Below are positions 52,337 to 62,272 of a DNA stretch of 64,000 nt, in pieces. Positions within the stretch are counted from its first letter, which is position 1. Every line of letters begins with the position of its first letter. The stretch comes from an uncultured Planctomycetota bacterium (GTDB taxonomy: Bacteria; Planctomycetota; PLA2; JAEUHO01), in assembly GCA_963752285.1 (NCBI GenBank), contig CAVVXN010000005.1, positions 576,001 through 640,000 of the forward strand, in the 5' to 3' direction. Below the pieces are notes generated by a model. It worked only from the letters and a program-made list of their open reading frames with translations. It made no database searches and was not told the DNA's origin. Made by a program: the position numbers and the translations under genes.

Positions 52337-53206
52337 GTGCGCTATCGCGAGCCCGTCTTCCGACCGCCTTCCGAGGCCGACTCGTACCTGCTCCACGTGA
52401 CGTACGGGTGCAGCCACAACGAGTGCACGTACTGCGCGATGTACCGCACGAAGCGGTTCGAGGTGCGCCCCGAGAACGAGGTCTTCGAGGACATCGAGGC
52501 CGCCGCGCGCGTCCTCCCGGGGACGCGCCGGGTCTTCCTGCTCGACGGCGACGCCTTGACGCTCTCCACCCGCCGTCTCCTCCCGATCCTCGACGCGCTC
52601 CGCGCGGCCTTCCCCGAGCTGCAGCGGGTGGGGGCGTACGCGAACGCGATCTCGGTGGGCTCCAAGACCGACGACGAGCTCGCGGCGCTTCGCGCGCACG
52701 GCCTCGGGATCGCGTACCTCGGCCTCGAGACCGGGCACGACCTCGTGAACGAGCGGATCCGGAAGGGCGCGACCGTGGAGGCGCAGGTCGTGGCGGTCCG
52801 ACGCGCCGAGGCCGCGGGCATCAAGATGAGCGTCATGGTGCTCCTCGGCGTCGCGGGACGGGAGCTCAGCCACGAGCACGCGGTCGCGACGGGTCGCGCG
52901 GTGACGCGCATGGACCCCCGTTTCGTCTCGTGCCTCTGCGTGACCCCGGTTCCGGGGACGCCGCTCTACGACGACGTCCAGGCCGGCCGGTTCGCGATGC
53001 TCGAGCCCGGCGAGACCCTCGACGAGCTGCGGACCCTGGTGGACCACCTCGACCTCTCCGGCGCGGTCTTCCGCAGCAACCACGCGAGCAACCACCTGCC
53101 GCTCGGCGGCCGGCTCCCCGCCGACAAGGCGCGCCTCCTCGAGGCCATCGACCGGGCCCGCGCGGGGCAGATCCCCCTACGGCCGTCCTGGGCCCGCGGT
53201 CTCTGA
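52337..53206 (+). CDS. Radical SAM protein
   Basis: FRPPSEA, CSHNECTYC (CxxxCxxC), FLLDGDAL, GLETG, FRSNHASN. Confidence 0.92.
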   Translation: MRYREPVFRPPSEADSYLLHVTYGCSHNECTYCAMYRTKRFEVRPENEVFEDIEAAARVLPGTRRVFLLDGDALTLSTRRLLPILDALRAAFPELQRVGAYANAISVGSKTDDELAALRAHGLGIAYLGLETGHDLVNERIRKGATVEAQVVAVRRAEAAGIKMSVMVLLGVAGRELSHEHAVATGRAVTRMDPRFVSCLCVTPVPGTPLYDDVQAGRFAMLEPGETLDELRTLVDHLDLSGAVFRSNHASNHLPLGGRLPADKARLLEAIDRARAGQIPLRPSWARGL

Positions 53207-53315
53207 GCGGGCGGGGCGCGGACGCGCGGAGAGAGCGCCCTGCAGCCCGGACGGGCTTCGGCCGACCTCTACTAGGGACCGTCCGCCCCGTCCGTACGCT
53301 CGTGGGGTCCGCCCG

Positions 53316-54812
53316 ATGCGCCGCCCGTCCTCCCCCTGCGCCCGCCGGGCGCCCGTCCGGTCCGCCTGGACCCTCCTCGCCCTGGCGCTCTTCGGCGCGC
53401 TCGCCCCCCTCGCGCCGGCCGAGGCCGCGAAGCGCGCGGCGCTCGCCGACCGGCTCGCCCAGGTCGTAGCGAAGGCGCACCTCCCCGCGGGGCGCTACGG
53501 GGTCGCGGTCGTGACCCGGGGCCTTCGGCCGCGGGTCGTGTACGCCGAGGGGCACAACGACCCGCTCCGGCCGGCCTCCGTCGCGAAGGTCCTGACCGCC
53601 GCGGCGGCGCTGGACCTGCTCGGTCCCGCGTACGACTTCGAGACCGCAGTCACCCTCCGGGGCGTCGTCCAGCCGGACGGCACGCTCGAGGGCGACGTGG
53701 TGGTCCACGGGACGGGCGACCCGAACCTCTCGGGCCGGTTCGAGGAGGGGGACCCGCTCCGGCTCCTCGACCGGTTCGCCGCCGCCGTGCGCAAGGCGGG
53801 CGTCCGGCGGGTGACCGGTGCGGTCGTCCTCGACGACGGCCGGTTCGACCGCGCGTACTTCCACCCGACCTGGAGCGCGGGCGACCGCGCGCGCTGGTAC
53901 GGCGCGGGTGTCTCGGGCCTCGCGTTCAACGACGGGTGCGCGGACCTCGAGGTGACCGGCGCCCGGGTCGCGGGGCACCCCGCGAAGGTCGAGGCGGTCT
54001 CCACGCTCGGCGGATGGGACCTCGACGGGCGCGTGTCCACGATCGCCACCGGGCGGACCACGGTGGGGGCGACGTGGGTGTCGGGCCCGGCGCTCCGCGT
54101 CGCGGGCGAGATCCCCGCGGGGCGTACGTACACGTTCTCGCACCCGGTCCCCGACCCGCTGGCCTTCTTCGGCTCCGCCTTCCTCTCGCGCCTCGCGCAC
54201 GCGGGCGTGGCCGTGCGCGGGGGGTCGCGTCCGGCGCGCGACGAGGCCGACCGTCGTCCCGGCGGGACCCTGGTCGTCCGCCACCGCTCGTCGATGGACG
54301 CGACGCTCGAGGTCATGAACCACCGCAGCCAGAACTTCTACGCGGCGATGCTATTCAAGGCCGCGGGCGCGGCGCTCGAGGGCCGCGGGACGTGGGAGAG
54401 CGGCGAGCGCGCGGTGCGCGAGGTCCTGCGGCGCCGCGGCCTCGACCCGGACGGGGCGACGCACATCGTGGACGGCGCGGGCCTCTCGCTCGACGACCGG
54501 ACGACCGCCGCCACCGTCGCGCGCCTCCTGGTGTCGATGGACCACGACCTCCTGCGCGGCCCGGTCCTCGTCTCGTCGCTGGCCGTTCCCGGCGAGGACG
54601 GGACCCTCAGGAACCGGCTCCGCACGGGCGACCTGCCCCGCCGCCTCCACGCGAAGACGGGGACCTTGTCGCGGCACGGCGTCCACGCGCTCGCGGGCTA
54701 TCTCGACGGGCGTCCGGGCGAGAACGGGTACGCGTTCGCGATCCTGATCGACACGCCGAAGGCGGGCCGCGCCCTGATCGACGAGCTGGTTCTGGAGATG
54801 GCGCGCCCATGA
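53316..54812 (+). CDS. dacB: D-Ala-D-Ala carboxypeptidase/endopeptidase (PBP4, S13)
   Basis: Signal peptide; PASVAK (SxxK), GTGDP, SQN (SxN), DGAGLS, AKTGTL (KTG). Confidence 0.92.
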   Translation: MRRPSSPCARRAPVRSAWTLLALALFGALAPLAPAEAAKRAALADRLAQVVAKAHLPAGRYGVAVVTRGLRPRVVYAEGHNDPLRPASVAKVLTAAAALDLLGPAYDFETAVTLRGVVQPDGTLEGDVVVHGTGDPNLSGRFEEGDPLRLLDRFAAAVRKAGVRRVTGAVVLDDGRFDRAYFHPTWSAGDRARWYGAGVSGLAFNDGCADLEVTGARVAGHPAKVEAVSTLGGWDLDGRVSTIATGRTTVGATWVSGPALRVAGEIPAGRTYTFSHPVPDPLAFFGSAFLSRLAHAGVAVRGGSRPARDEADRRPGGTLVVRHRSSMDATLEVMNHRSQNFYAAMLFKAAGAALEGRGTWESGERAVREVLRRRGLDPDGATHIVDGAGLSLDDRTTAATVARLLVSMDHDLLRGPVLVSSLAVPGEDGTLRNRLRTGDLPRRLHAKTGTLSRHGVHALAGYLDGRPGENGYAFAILIDTPKAGRALIDELVLEMARP

Positions 54813-56152
54813 GCGTGCCCGCGGGCGACGCGCCGTCGGCACGGGCGCCGCTCGCCGACCGGCTGCGACCGCGGTCGCCGGACGAGGTCGAGGGCCAGGA
54901 CCGCGTCCTCGGCCCCGGCACGCTCCTCGACACGGCGTTTCGCACCGGCGAGGTACCGAGCCTGGTCCTCTGGGGCCCGCCCGGCAGCGGGAAGACCACG
55001 CTCGCGCGGCTCCTCGCCGAGCACTCGGGCGCGGTCTTCGAGTCGCTCTCGGCCGTGACCTCGGGCGTGAAGGACGTCCGCGCGATCGTGGCCGAGGCGC
55101 GCGCGCGTCGCGAGGAGGGGAAGGGGACGCTCCTCTTCGTGGACGAGATCCACCGGTTCAATCGGGCGCAGCAGGACGCCTTCCTCCCGCACGTGGAGGA
55201 CGGCACGATCCTCCTCGTCGGGGCCACGACGGAGAACCCCGGGTTCGCCCTGGTCGGCGCCCTGCTCTCGCGGCTCCGGGTCGTCCGGCTCGAGCCCCTC
55301 GACGACACGGCGCTCCACCGCGTGCTCGACCGCGCGCTCGAGGACCCCGGGCGCGGCCTCGGTGGCGCGGTCGAGATCACGGAGGCGGGCCGGCGGGCCC
55401 TCGTCGAGGTCGCGGGGGGAGACGCGCGCCGGCTCCTGAACGCGCTCGAGAGCGCGGTCGTGCTGGCGCGGGAGCGCGACGCCGTGGCGGTCGACGAGGA
55501 CGTCGTGGTGGAGGCGGCGCAGGTCCGGCTCGTTCCCTACGACAAGTCGGGCGACGACCGTTACGACCTCCTCTCGGCGTTCCACAAGTCGCTCCGCGGG
55601 AGCGACGCCGACGCCTCGCTGTTCTGGATGGCCCGGATGCTCGAGGCCGGCGAGGACCCCCTCGTGATCGTGCGGCGCATGGTCGCGATGGCCTCCGAGG
55701 ACGTCGGCCTCGCCGACCCCCTGGCGCTGCGCCTCGCGCTCGACGCGTGGCAGGCGGTCTCCGTCCTCGGCTTGCCCGAGGGGGCGCTCGCGATGACGCA
55801 CGCGTGCTGCTACCTCGCCTCGGCGCCGAAGTCGAACACGGTCGTCCGGGCGCTCGGCGCGGCCCAGGAGGCCGCGCGCCGCCACCCGGACGTGCCGGTG
55901 CCCCTGCACATCCGCAACGCGCCGACGGGGTTCGCGCGGTCGCTCGGACACGGGAAGGGGTACCAGTACCCGCACGACTTCCCCCATGCGTCGGTGCCGC
56001 AGGCGTACCTCCCCGAGTCGCTCGAGGCGCTCCGGCTCTTCGACCCGCGCGAGGTGGGAGACGAGCGCGAGGTGGTGAAGCGTCACCAGTGGTGGGCGCG
56101 GCAGCGCGCCCGCGGCCGCGCGGGAGACGAGAAGCCCCCGGCGTCTGAGTAG
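54809..56152 (+). CDS. rarA: Replication-associated recombination protein A
   Basis: PLADRLRP, WGPPGSGKTT, FVDEIHRFN..QQD, GATTENP, SAFHKSLRGSD, SEDVGLAD, VPLHIRNAP. Confidence 0.95.
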   Translation: MSVPAGDAPSARAPLADRLRPRSPDEVEGQDRVLGPGTLLDTAFRTGEVPSLVLWGPPGSGKTTLARLLAEHSGAVFESLSAVTSGVKDVRAIVAEARARREEGKGTLLFVDEIHRFNRAQQDAFLPHVEDGTILLVGATTENPGFALVGALLSRLRVVRLEPLDDTALHRVLDRALEDPGRGLGGAVEITEAGRRALVEVAGGDARRLLNALESAVVLARERDAVAVDEDVVVEAAQVRLVPYDKSGDDRYDLLSAFHKSLRGSDADASLFWMARMLEAGEDPLVIVRRMVAMASEDVGLADPLALRLALDAWQAVSVLGLPEGALAMTHACCYLASAPKSNTVVRALGAAQEAARRHPDVPVPLHIRNAPTGFARSLGHGKGYQYPHDFPHASVPQAYLPESLEALRLFDPREVGDEREVVKRHQWWARQRARGRAGDEKPPASE

Positions 56153-56191
56153 CCTCGCAGGTCGCGCGGCGGGTCGGCCGTCGCGGGGAGG

Positions 56192-57019
56192 ATGGCCGTG
56201 CTCGACGCCATGCGCGAGATCGCGGAGGAGGCGGGTCGTCTGCTCCTCGATCGCTTCGGTCGCCTCGCCCCCGGCGAGATCGAGCGAATCGGTCGGCGCG
56301 ACGTGGTGACCCGCGCGGACCGGGAGAGCGAGGAGCTGATCCGGGCGCGGCTCGTCCGCGCGTTTCCCGGGGTCCCGATGCTCGGCGAGGAGGGCGCGAA
56401 GGGGAGCCGCTCCCGGGCGGTCGCCGGCGAGGGCCCCGTATTCGTGGTGGACCCCCTCGACGGGACCGTGAACTTCGTCCAGGGGCTGCCGATCTTCTCG
56501 GTCTCGATCGGCTACGTGGAGCAGGGCGTGCCGCTGGCCGGCGTCGTCCACCTCCCGGTGCTCTCCCAGACGTTCCTCGGCGCGCCCGGTAGCGGGGCCT
56601 TCGAGGGCGACCGGCCGATCTCGGTCAGCGTGACGCCCTTCGTGGAGGAGGCGATCCTCGCGACCGGCTTCTCGTACCTCCGGAACGAGAAGAGGGACGA
56701 CAACTTCGAGCACGTGCGCCGTCTGGGCCTCCGGGCCCGGGGGCTCAGGCGGATGGGGTCGGCGGCGGTGGACCTCGCCTACGTCGCCTCGGGGCGCCTC
56801 GACGGCTACTGGGAGCTCCACCTGTCTCCCTGGGACGTCGCCGCCGGCGGCGCGATCGTGCGGGCGGCCGGTGGGTGCGTGACGGACCTCCAGGGCGGGG
56901 AGGACTGGCTCTTCGGGGGCCACCTGCTCGCCACGAACGGCCTCCTCCACGAGGCGATGCGGGAGGCGCTCCCGGTGGAGGCCGAGGACGAGGGACCGGC
57001 GCGCGGCGCCGCGCCGTAG
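56192..57019 (+). CDS. suhB: Inositol monophosphatase family protein
   Basis: VTRAD, GEE, DPLDGTVNF, RRMGSAA, WDVAAG. Confidence 0.92.
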   Translation: MAVLDAMREIAEEAGRLLLDRFGRLAPGEIERIGRRDVVTRADRESEELIRARLVRAFPGVPMLGEEGAKGSRSRAVAGEGPVFVVDPLDGTVNFVQGLPIFSVSIGYVEQGVPLAGVVHLPVLSQTFLGAPGSGAFEGDRPISVSVTPFVEEAILATGFSYLRNEKRDDNFEHVRRLGLRARGLRRMGSAAVDLAYVASGRLDGYWELHLSPWDVAAGGAIVRAAGGCVTDLQGGEDWLFGGHLLATNGLLHEAMREALPVEAEDEGPARGAAP

Positions 57020-57176
57020 GCGGTCGGTTCGACACGAGGGGGGGCGGAATGCTTGACCCCCCTCGGCCTCGGCCTACCTTCGACCGCTTGCCCCCGCGAT
57101 TTCCGACCCCGGACCGAGGACCGGCCCCTGACCCCCTCGGTGGCCCCCGGGGGCGGCCGAGGGGCCTCGGCCCCCG

Positions 57177-58880
57177 ATGACCTACGCGTCCGAACTGCCG
57201 CTCATCGTCCAGAGCGACCGCTCCGTCCTGCTGGAGGTCGGAGGCCCCCGATACGAGGAGGCCCGGGACGCGATCAGCCCGTTCTGCGAGCTCCTGAAGT
57301 CGCCGGAGCACGTCCACACCTACCGCATCACCCCGCTCTCGATCTGGAACGCGGCGGCGGCGGGCCTGACCGCGGTCGATATGGCGGGCGCGCTCGAGCG
57401 GCTGAGCCGCTTCCCGGTCCCTCAGAACGTACGCCGGGACGTCGAGGACCTCCACCGGCGGTACGGGCGGCTCCGGCTCGTCCCGCGGGAGGGCGTCGGT
57501 CCCTCCTACGCCCTGGAGGCCGAGGACGACGACCTGCTCCAGCTCGTACGGTCGAGCGCCCTTACGAAGGACATGGTGGGGGAGCCCGAGGACGGCCGGC
57601 TGCCCGTCGAGGCCCAGTACCGCGGGGAGGTGAAGAGGGCGCTCGTGAAGCTGGGATGGCCCGTCGAGGACGTCGGCGGCTACGTCGAAGGCGGCCCGCT
57701 CGCCGTGCACCTCCGGGAGGCGCTCCCCGACGGCCGGACGTTCCGGCTCCGCGACTACCAGCACGAGGCGGTGGACGTGTTCCACCGCGACGGCAGCGCG
57801 CTCGGCGGGAGCGGGGTGGTGGTCCTGCCCTGCGGCGCGGGCAAGACGATCGTCGGGCTCGGCGCCATGGCGCGGATCGGCCGGAAGACGCTGATCCTCA
57901 CGACGAACCACACCGCGGTCGCCCAGTGGCGGTCCGAGCTCTTGTCGAAGACCGACCTCCGGCCCGAAGACGTCGGCGAGTACACGGGCCTCGTGAAGGA
58001 GGTCCGGCCGGTCACGATCACCACGTACCAGATCCTCACGTGGCGCCGTCGCAAGACCGACCCGTTCGTCCACTTCGAGCTCTTCCAGCAGAACGACTGG
58101 GGTCTCGTCGTGTACGACGAGGTGCACCTGCTCCCCGCGCCCGTGTTCCGCGTCACCGCCGACCTGCAGGCGACACGTCGCCTCGGCCTGACGGCCACCC
58201 TCGTCCGCGAGGACGGCTGCGAGGAGGAAGTGTTCACGCTCATCGGTCCCAAGCGCTACGACGTCCCGTGGAAGGTTCTCGAGCGGAAGGGCTGGATCGC
58301 CGAGGCGACGTGCCGCGAGGTACGGGTCAAGATGGACGCGGAGCTCAAGCGTCGCTACGCGGTCTCGGGCGCGCGGCAGCGGTTCCGGCTGGCCGCGGAG
58401 AACCCCGCGAAGACCGATCTGATCGACCGGATCCTCGGCCACCACGACGACGACAAGATCCTGGTCATCGGGCAGTACCTGGACCAGCTCGAGCGCGTCG
58501 CGCGCCACCTCGATGCCCCGATCATCACGGGGCGCACGCCCAAGGCCGACCGACTCGAGCTCTACGGCCGGTTCCGGGACGGCGACCTTCGCGTGCTCGT
58601 GGTGAGCAAGGTCGGCAACTTCGCGGTGGACCTTCCGGCCGCGAGCGTGATCGTTCAGATCTCGGGCACGTTCGGCTCCCGGCAGGAGGAGGCGCAGCGG
58701 CTCGGGCGCGTGCTCCGGCCCAAGGAGGACGGGCGTCGCGCGGTCTTCTACAGCCTCGTCAGCGACGAGACCGTCGAGCAGGACTTCGGCCAGCACCGCC
58801 AGCTCTTCCTGACGGAGCAGGGGTACGCGTACGAGATCCTCGACGGTCACGCGCTCGGGAACGGGAAGACGACCGCATGA
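57177..58880 (+). CDS. xpb: DNA helicase XPB (Ssl2/Rad25 family)
   Basis: N-terminal XPB domain (PLIVQSD..KSPEH.HTYRITPLS), LRDYQ, LPCGAGKT, DEVH, GLTATLVRED (RED motif), SRQEEAQRLGR. Confidence 0.93.
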   Translation: MTYASELPLIVQSDRSVLLEVGGPRYEEARDAISPFCELLKSPEHVHTYRITPLSIWNAAAAGLTAVDMAGALERLSRFPVPQNVRRDVEDLHRRYGRLRLVPREGVGPSYALEAEDDDLLQLVRSSALTKDMVGEPEDGRLPVEAQYRGEVKRALVKLGWPVEDVGGYVEGGPLAVHLREALPDGRTFRLRDYQHEAVDVFHRDGSALGGSGVVVLPCGAGKTIVGLGAMARIGRKTLILTTNHTAVAQWRSELLSKTDLRPEDVGEYTGLVKEVRPVTITTYQILTWRRRKTDPFVHFELFQQNDWGLVVYDEVHLLPAPVFRVTADLQATRRLGLTATLVREDGCEEEVFTLIGPKRYDVPWKVLERKGWIAEATCREVRVKMDAELKRRYAVSGARQRFRLAAENPAKTDLIDRILGHHDDDKILVIGQYLDQLERVARHLDAPIITGRTPKADRLELYGRFRDGDLRVLVVSKVGNFAVDLPAASVIVQISGTFGSRQEEAQRLGRVLRPKEDGRRAVFYSLVSDETVEQDFGQHRQLFLTEQGYAYEILDGHALGNGKTTA

Positions 58881-60961
58881 GCGAGCGGGGGAACGGAGCG
58901 CGCCACAAGAACGGGGCGTCCACGACGCTGCACAAGCACCTCGACACGCTCCGGGTCGCGGACCTGAGGGACGTCTACGCGTTCTGGCGCCCCGACGACG
59001 CCGCGCAACAGCTCGGCAAGCGCGAGCTGGTCTCGGGTCTCGAGGAGACGATGTCCCAGGAGGGAACCGTCTACCGCCGCGTACGAACGCTCACCCGGAA
59101 GGTGCTCGAGGTCCTCTTGCTCCTGCTCCGGCGACCGAGCTTCGCGTCCGACCTGCCGGGGCTCTTCCAGAGGCTCCCGGGCGAGGGCCCGCTCGATCTC
59201 GAGTACCACGAGGCGGAAGCGGGCGTGAAGGCGCTCTGCCGCCGGGGGTTCCTGGCCGAGGTCAGCGACCGCCGCATGGCGACGAACGGCCGCGTTCTCT
59301 ACGCGGTCCCCGACGAGCTCGGCCAGATGCTCACCTCGCTGTTCCGCGAGGAGACGCGAACGGTCTCGAGCGTGTTCACGCTCGGGGGTCACCTCGCGGC
59401 GATCACCGCGTCCGAACGCGAGGAACTCCGCGGGGCGTTCCCCGACCTCCCGCCCGCGCCGGCGTCCGGAGACGCGCGGACGCTCCTCGCCGGCGATGGC
59501 TCGGACCATCTCTTGCGGCGCCTCGACCCGAAGATGGCCGAGGTCGTCCGCTACGTCGCCTCGCGGCACGGAGGCTTCCTCACGCGCGCGATCTGGTCGG
59601 CGCGCCGGGCGCTCCGGGACGTGCGGTGGGACCGCGAACGCTGGTCGAAGGCGCTCGAGGGCGCGGCGGTCGGCACGGTCGCGAGGCTCTCGCTCCAGGG
59701 CTACGGCATCGCGTGTGAGGACGAGGCGGTCGTCGTGTTCCGCGAGGTGCTCGAGGACCTGATCCGCCGCGCGCCGGACGGCCTGCCCGACGGCGCCGAG
59801 GTGATCCGCTCGGGCGGCGATCTGGTCGCGGACCTCTGCGCCTTCCTCGAGCACGTGCGGCGCCAACCCGTGAAGGTGGGCCGCAAGGGCGAGGTCCACA
59901 AGGCGAGCCGGCGCAAGATCCAGGACGGGTTCGTGTGGCGTGAGACGTTCCTCGCGGGGCCCACCGAGGTCTGGGGCGAGATCGTGACGGCCGTCGAGTC
60001 GCTCGGCCTCGTGCGCACCGACGACGAGAGCTTCCTCGAGCTCACGCCCGCGTCGGAGCGCTTCCTCGGACTGCCGCTCGAGGAGAAGGCGCAGGAGCTC
60101 TACCGCGTCGCGCTCGAGCACACGAGCCCGGGCGGGGGGCGGAGCCTCCACCAGCACGAGGTCCGCGCGCAGGTCGGCGACGTGCTCCGCGACGAGCCCG
60201 AACGCTGGTGGACCGCGCGTTCGCTCGCCGCCGTGAGCCGGCACCGCTACCTGTCCACGCTCGACGAGCGTCGGATCCAGGACCGGCACCGTGACCGTCA
60301 CTTCTCCGCGTACTTCTCGGGCAAGGAGACCCCGCGCGACCTCCTCTCCCTGACCGAGCACGGATGGCTGAAGCGCCTCCACGTGCTGGGGCTCCTCGAC
60401 GTGGCGGCGCGGGACGAGCGCGCGCTCGCGTGGCGGCTGTCTCCGCTCGGCGCGCGCGTCCTCGGAGCGACCGCACCGGGGCTCGACACGGGACTGAGAC
60501 CCCTCCTCGTGAACCCCGACTTCGAGATCGTCGTGCTGCCCGAGGGCGACGTCTCGGACGTCGTGCACACGCTCGACGGCTGGGCGCAGCGAGTGAAGAG
60601 CGGCGACGTCGTCCACTTCCGGCTGACGCGGGAGTCGGTCCAGGCCGCCGTGGGGGCCGGTCGGGCGCTCTCGGAGATCCAGGAGTTCCTGGATGCGCGC
60701 TCGCGGGGCCCGGTCCCCCAGAACGTCTCGTACACGATCGCCGACTGGGCGAACCGGGTCGCCTTCGCGTCGATGGAGCGGGGCGTCGTGCTGCGGGTGG
60801 AGAACGAGTCGGCCCTCGAGACGATCCTCCAGCTCCCCGACGTCGCCCGCCTGCTCCTGAGACGTCTCAGTCCCACGGAGGCCCTGCTCAAGGACGCGCC
60901 CCAGGACCGGCGCCTCCTCGCGGGCCTCCGCTCGCTCGGGATCTACTTGAAGGAGGGGTAG
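58877..60961 (+). CDS. XPB-associated protein with C-terminal Helicase_C_3 (XPB-NTD/p52-like) domain
   Basis: ATGA overlap with xpb; C-terminal PLLVNPDFEI...LTRESV..A...G....I..FL......VPQNV...I.DW; no Walker motifs seen. Confidence 0.82.
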   Translation: MSERGNGARHKNGASTTLHKHLDTLRVADLRDVYAFWRPDDAAQQLGKRELVSGLEETMSQEGTVYRRVRTLTRKVLEVLLLLLRRPSFASDLPGLFQRLPGEGPLDLEYHEAEAGVKALCRRGFLAEVSDRRMATNGRVLYAVPDELGQMLTSLFREETRTVSSVFTLGGHLAAITASEREELRGAFPDLPPAPASGDARTLLAGDGSDHLLRRLDPKMAEVVRYVASRHGGFLTRAIWSARRALRDVRWDRERWSKALEGAAVGTVARLSLQGYGIACEDEAVVVFREVLEDLIRRAPDGLPDGAEVIRSGGDLVADLCAFLEHVRRQPVKVGRKGEVHKASRRKIQDGFVWRETFLAGPTEVWGEIVTAVESLGLVRTDDESFLELTPASERFLGLPLEEKAQELYRVALEHTSPGGGRSLHQHEVRAQVGDVLRDEPERWWTARSLAAVSRHRYLSTLDERRIQDRHRDRHFSAYFSGKETPRDLLSLTEHGWLKRLHVLGLLDVAARDERALAWRLSPLGARVLGATAPGLDTGLRPLLVNPDFEIVVLPEGDVSDVVHTLDGWAQRVKSGDVVHFRLTRESVQAAVGAGRALSEIQEFLDARSRGPVPQNVSYTIADWANRVAFASMERGVVLRVENESALETILQLPDVARLLLRRLSPTEALLKDAPQDRRLLAGLRSLGIYLKEG

Positions 60962-61101
60962 TCGGCGGCCCGCCGCGGGCTCGGCCCGGCCGGGGCCCCG
61001 GAACCGACTTGCGTCCCCTCGCTCCGCGGGGACAATCCGCCGTTCGCCCCCGGTCTCCGGACTCGGGGCGTGGACCCCCGACGGCGAGGCGCGAGCGAAC
61101 G

Positions 61102-61317
61102 ATGAGCGGAAGCGGCGGCCAGAAGCACCGACTGATCGAGCAGCGGCAGAAGCGGAACCAGCGCCGCAAGAAGGCCATCGCGTCGATTCGCCGCGCGCGC
61201 GGCCTCTTCGAGGCGAAGGGCCAGGCCTGGGACCCGCTCAACAATCCGCAGCAGATGGCCGCGTTGAACCACCAGGGCCGCCGGCACGTGAACCGTCCGG
61301 AGTCCGCGAAGCGGTAG
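61102..61317 (+). CDS. Small basic hypothetical protein (71 aa)
   Basis: Clear GC3 bias, K/R/Q-rich helix, weak SD GAGG. Confidence 0.65.
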   Translation: MSGSGGQKHRLIEQRQKRNQRRKKAIASIRRARGLFEAKGQAWDPLNNPQQMAALNHQGRRHVNRPESAKR

Positions 61318-61322
61318 CCTGC

Positions 61323-61889
61323 GTGCACGGGTCGGGCGTTCCCCGCCGACTTCCCGTCCGCTCGCTCTCGGTCCTGGTCCTGGCCGCCGGCCTCGCCGTC
61401 GTCGGCTGCGGGCCCGAGGATCCCGCCGGCTCCGCCGCCGACGGGACGGTCGCCCGCGCCGCCGCGATCGAGAAGGCGGCCGAGGGGCTGCGGGCGCCGA
61501 CGGCCGCGCGGCGCCTCGCCTCCCTGAAGGAGATCGCGAAGGACCCCGGGCTCGCGAAGGCGCTCGTCCCGGGGGTCGCCGCGCTCCTCGCGGACGACAA
61601 CCGCTGGGTCCGTCAGGCCGCGGCGGACGCGCTCTACCAGGCCGGCGACGCCGCGTTGCCGGCCGTGGACGCGCTGGCGCGGGCGCTCCTCGACACCGAC
61701 TCGTTCGTGCGCTGGCGGTCCGCGAAGGTCCTCGCCCGGCTCGGTCCGGCCGCGAGCGCTGCGCTCCCCGCGCTCGAGGCGGAGGCGAGCGCGCCCGACG
61801 AGACCGCGCTCGGGCACTACTGGTCCACGGAGGCCGTCCGACGGATCCGCGGCGTGCCAGAGAAGGGCCAAGAGGACCTCCCGCGGTAG
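61323..61889 (+). CDS. HEAT-repeat lipoprotein
   Basis: Lipobox AVVGC; L.DDNRWVRQAAA, L.DTDSFVR..SA, GPAA.AALPAL. Confidence 0.75.
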   Translation: MHGSGVPRRLPVRSLSVLVLAAGLAVVGCGPEDPAGSAADGTVARAAAIEKAAEGLRAPTAARRLASLKEIAKDPGLAKALVPGVAALLADDNRWVRQAAADALYQAGDAALPAVDALARALLDTDSFVRWRSAKVLARLGPAASAALPALEAEASAPDETALGHYWSTEAVRRIRGVPEKGQEDLPR

Positions 61890-61914
61890 GCTCGGGCGCG
61901 TGGAGGGTACCGAC

Positions 61915-62184
61915 ATGCCGCACGCCGTGACGCCGGTTCCCACGCCCAACCCGAACGCGATCCGCTTCACCTTCGAGAAGGGCGTCCTCGGTCCCACGAG
62001 CCGGACGTTCAAGGACGCAGGGGCCGCCGAGGGGACCGCCTGGGCCGAAGCGCTGTTCGAGATCCCGGGCGTCGTGAGCCTGTTCGGAGTGAACGACTTC
62101 GTGACCGTGACGAAGGACAAGTCGACGTCGTGGGAGGCGATCATCCCCCAGATCGTGGACGTGCTCCGCTCCGCCACGATCTGA
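61915..62184 (+). CDS. NifU/Nfu N-terminal (scaffold) domain protein
   Basis: PTPNPNAIRF, LFEIPGV.SLF..NDFVTVTK...W..I; SD GGAGG (alternative GTG 61900). Confidence 0.88.
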   Translation: MPHAVTPVPTPNPNAIRFTFEKGVLGPTSRTFKDAGAAEGTAWAEALFEIPGVVSLFGVNDFVTVTKDKSTSWEAIIPQIVDVLRSATI

Positions 62185-62272
62185 CGCCGGACCCAGGCGC
62201 GCGCGGGACGCGGGGGCGTTCTTCGGCGCACGGGACGCGCGTACGGCTTTTGGCGCGCGGGGCGTGCGACGG

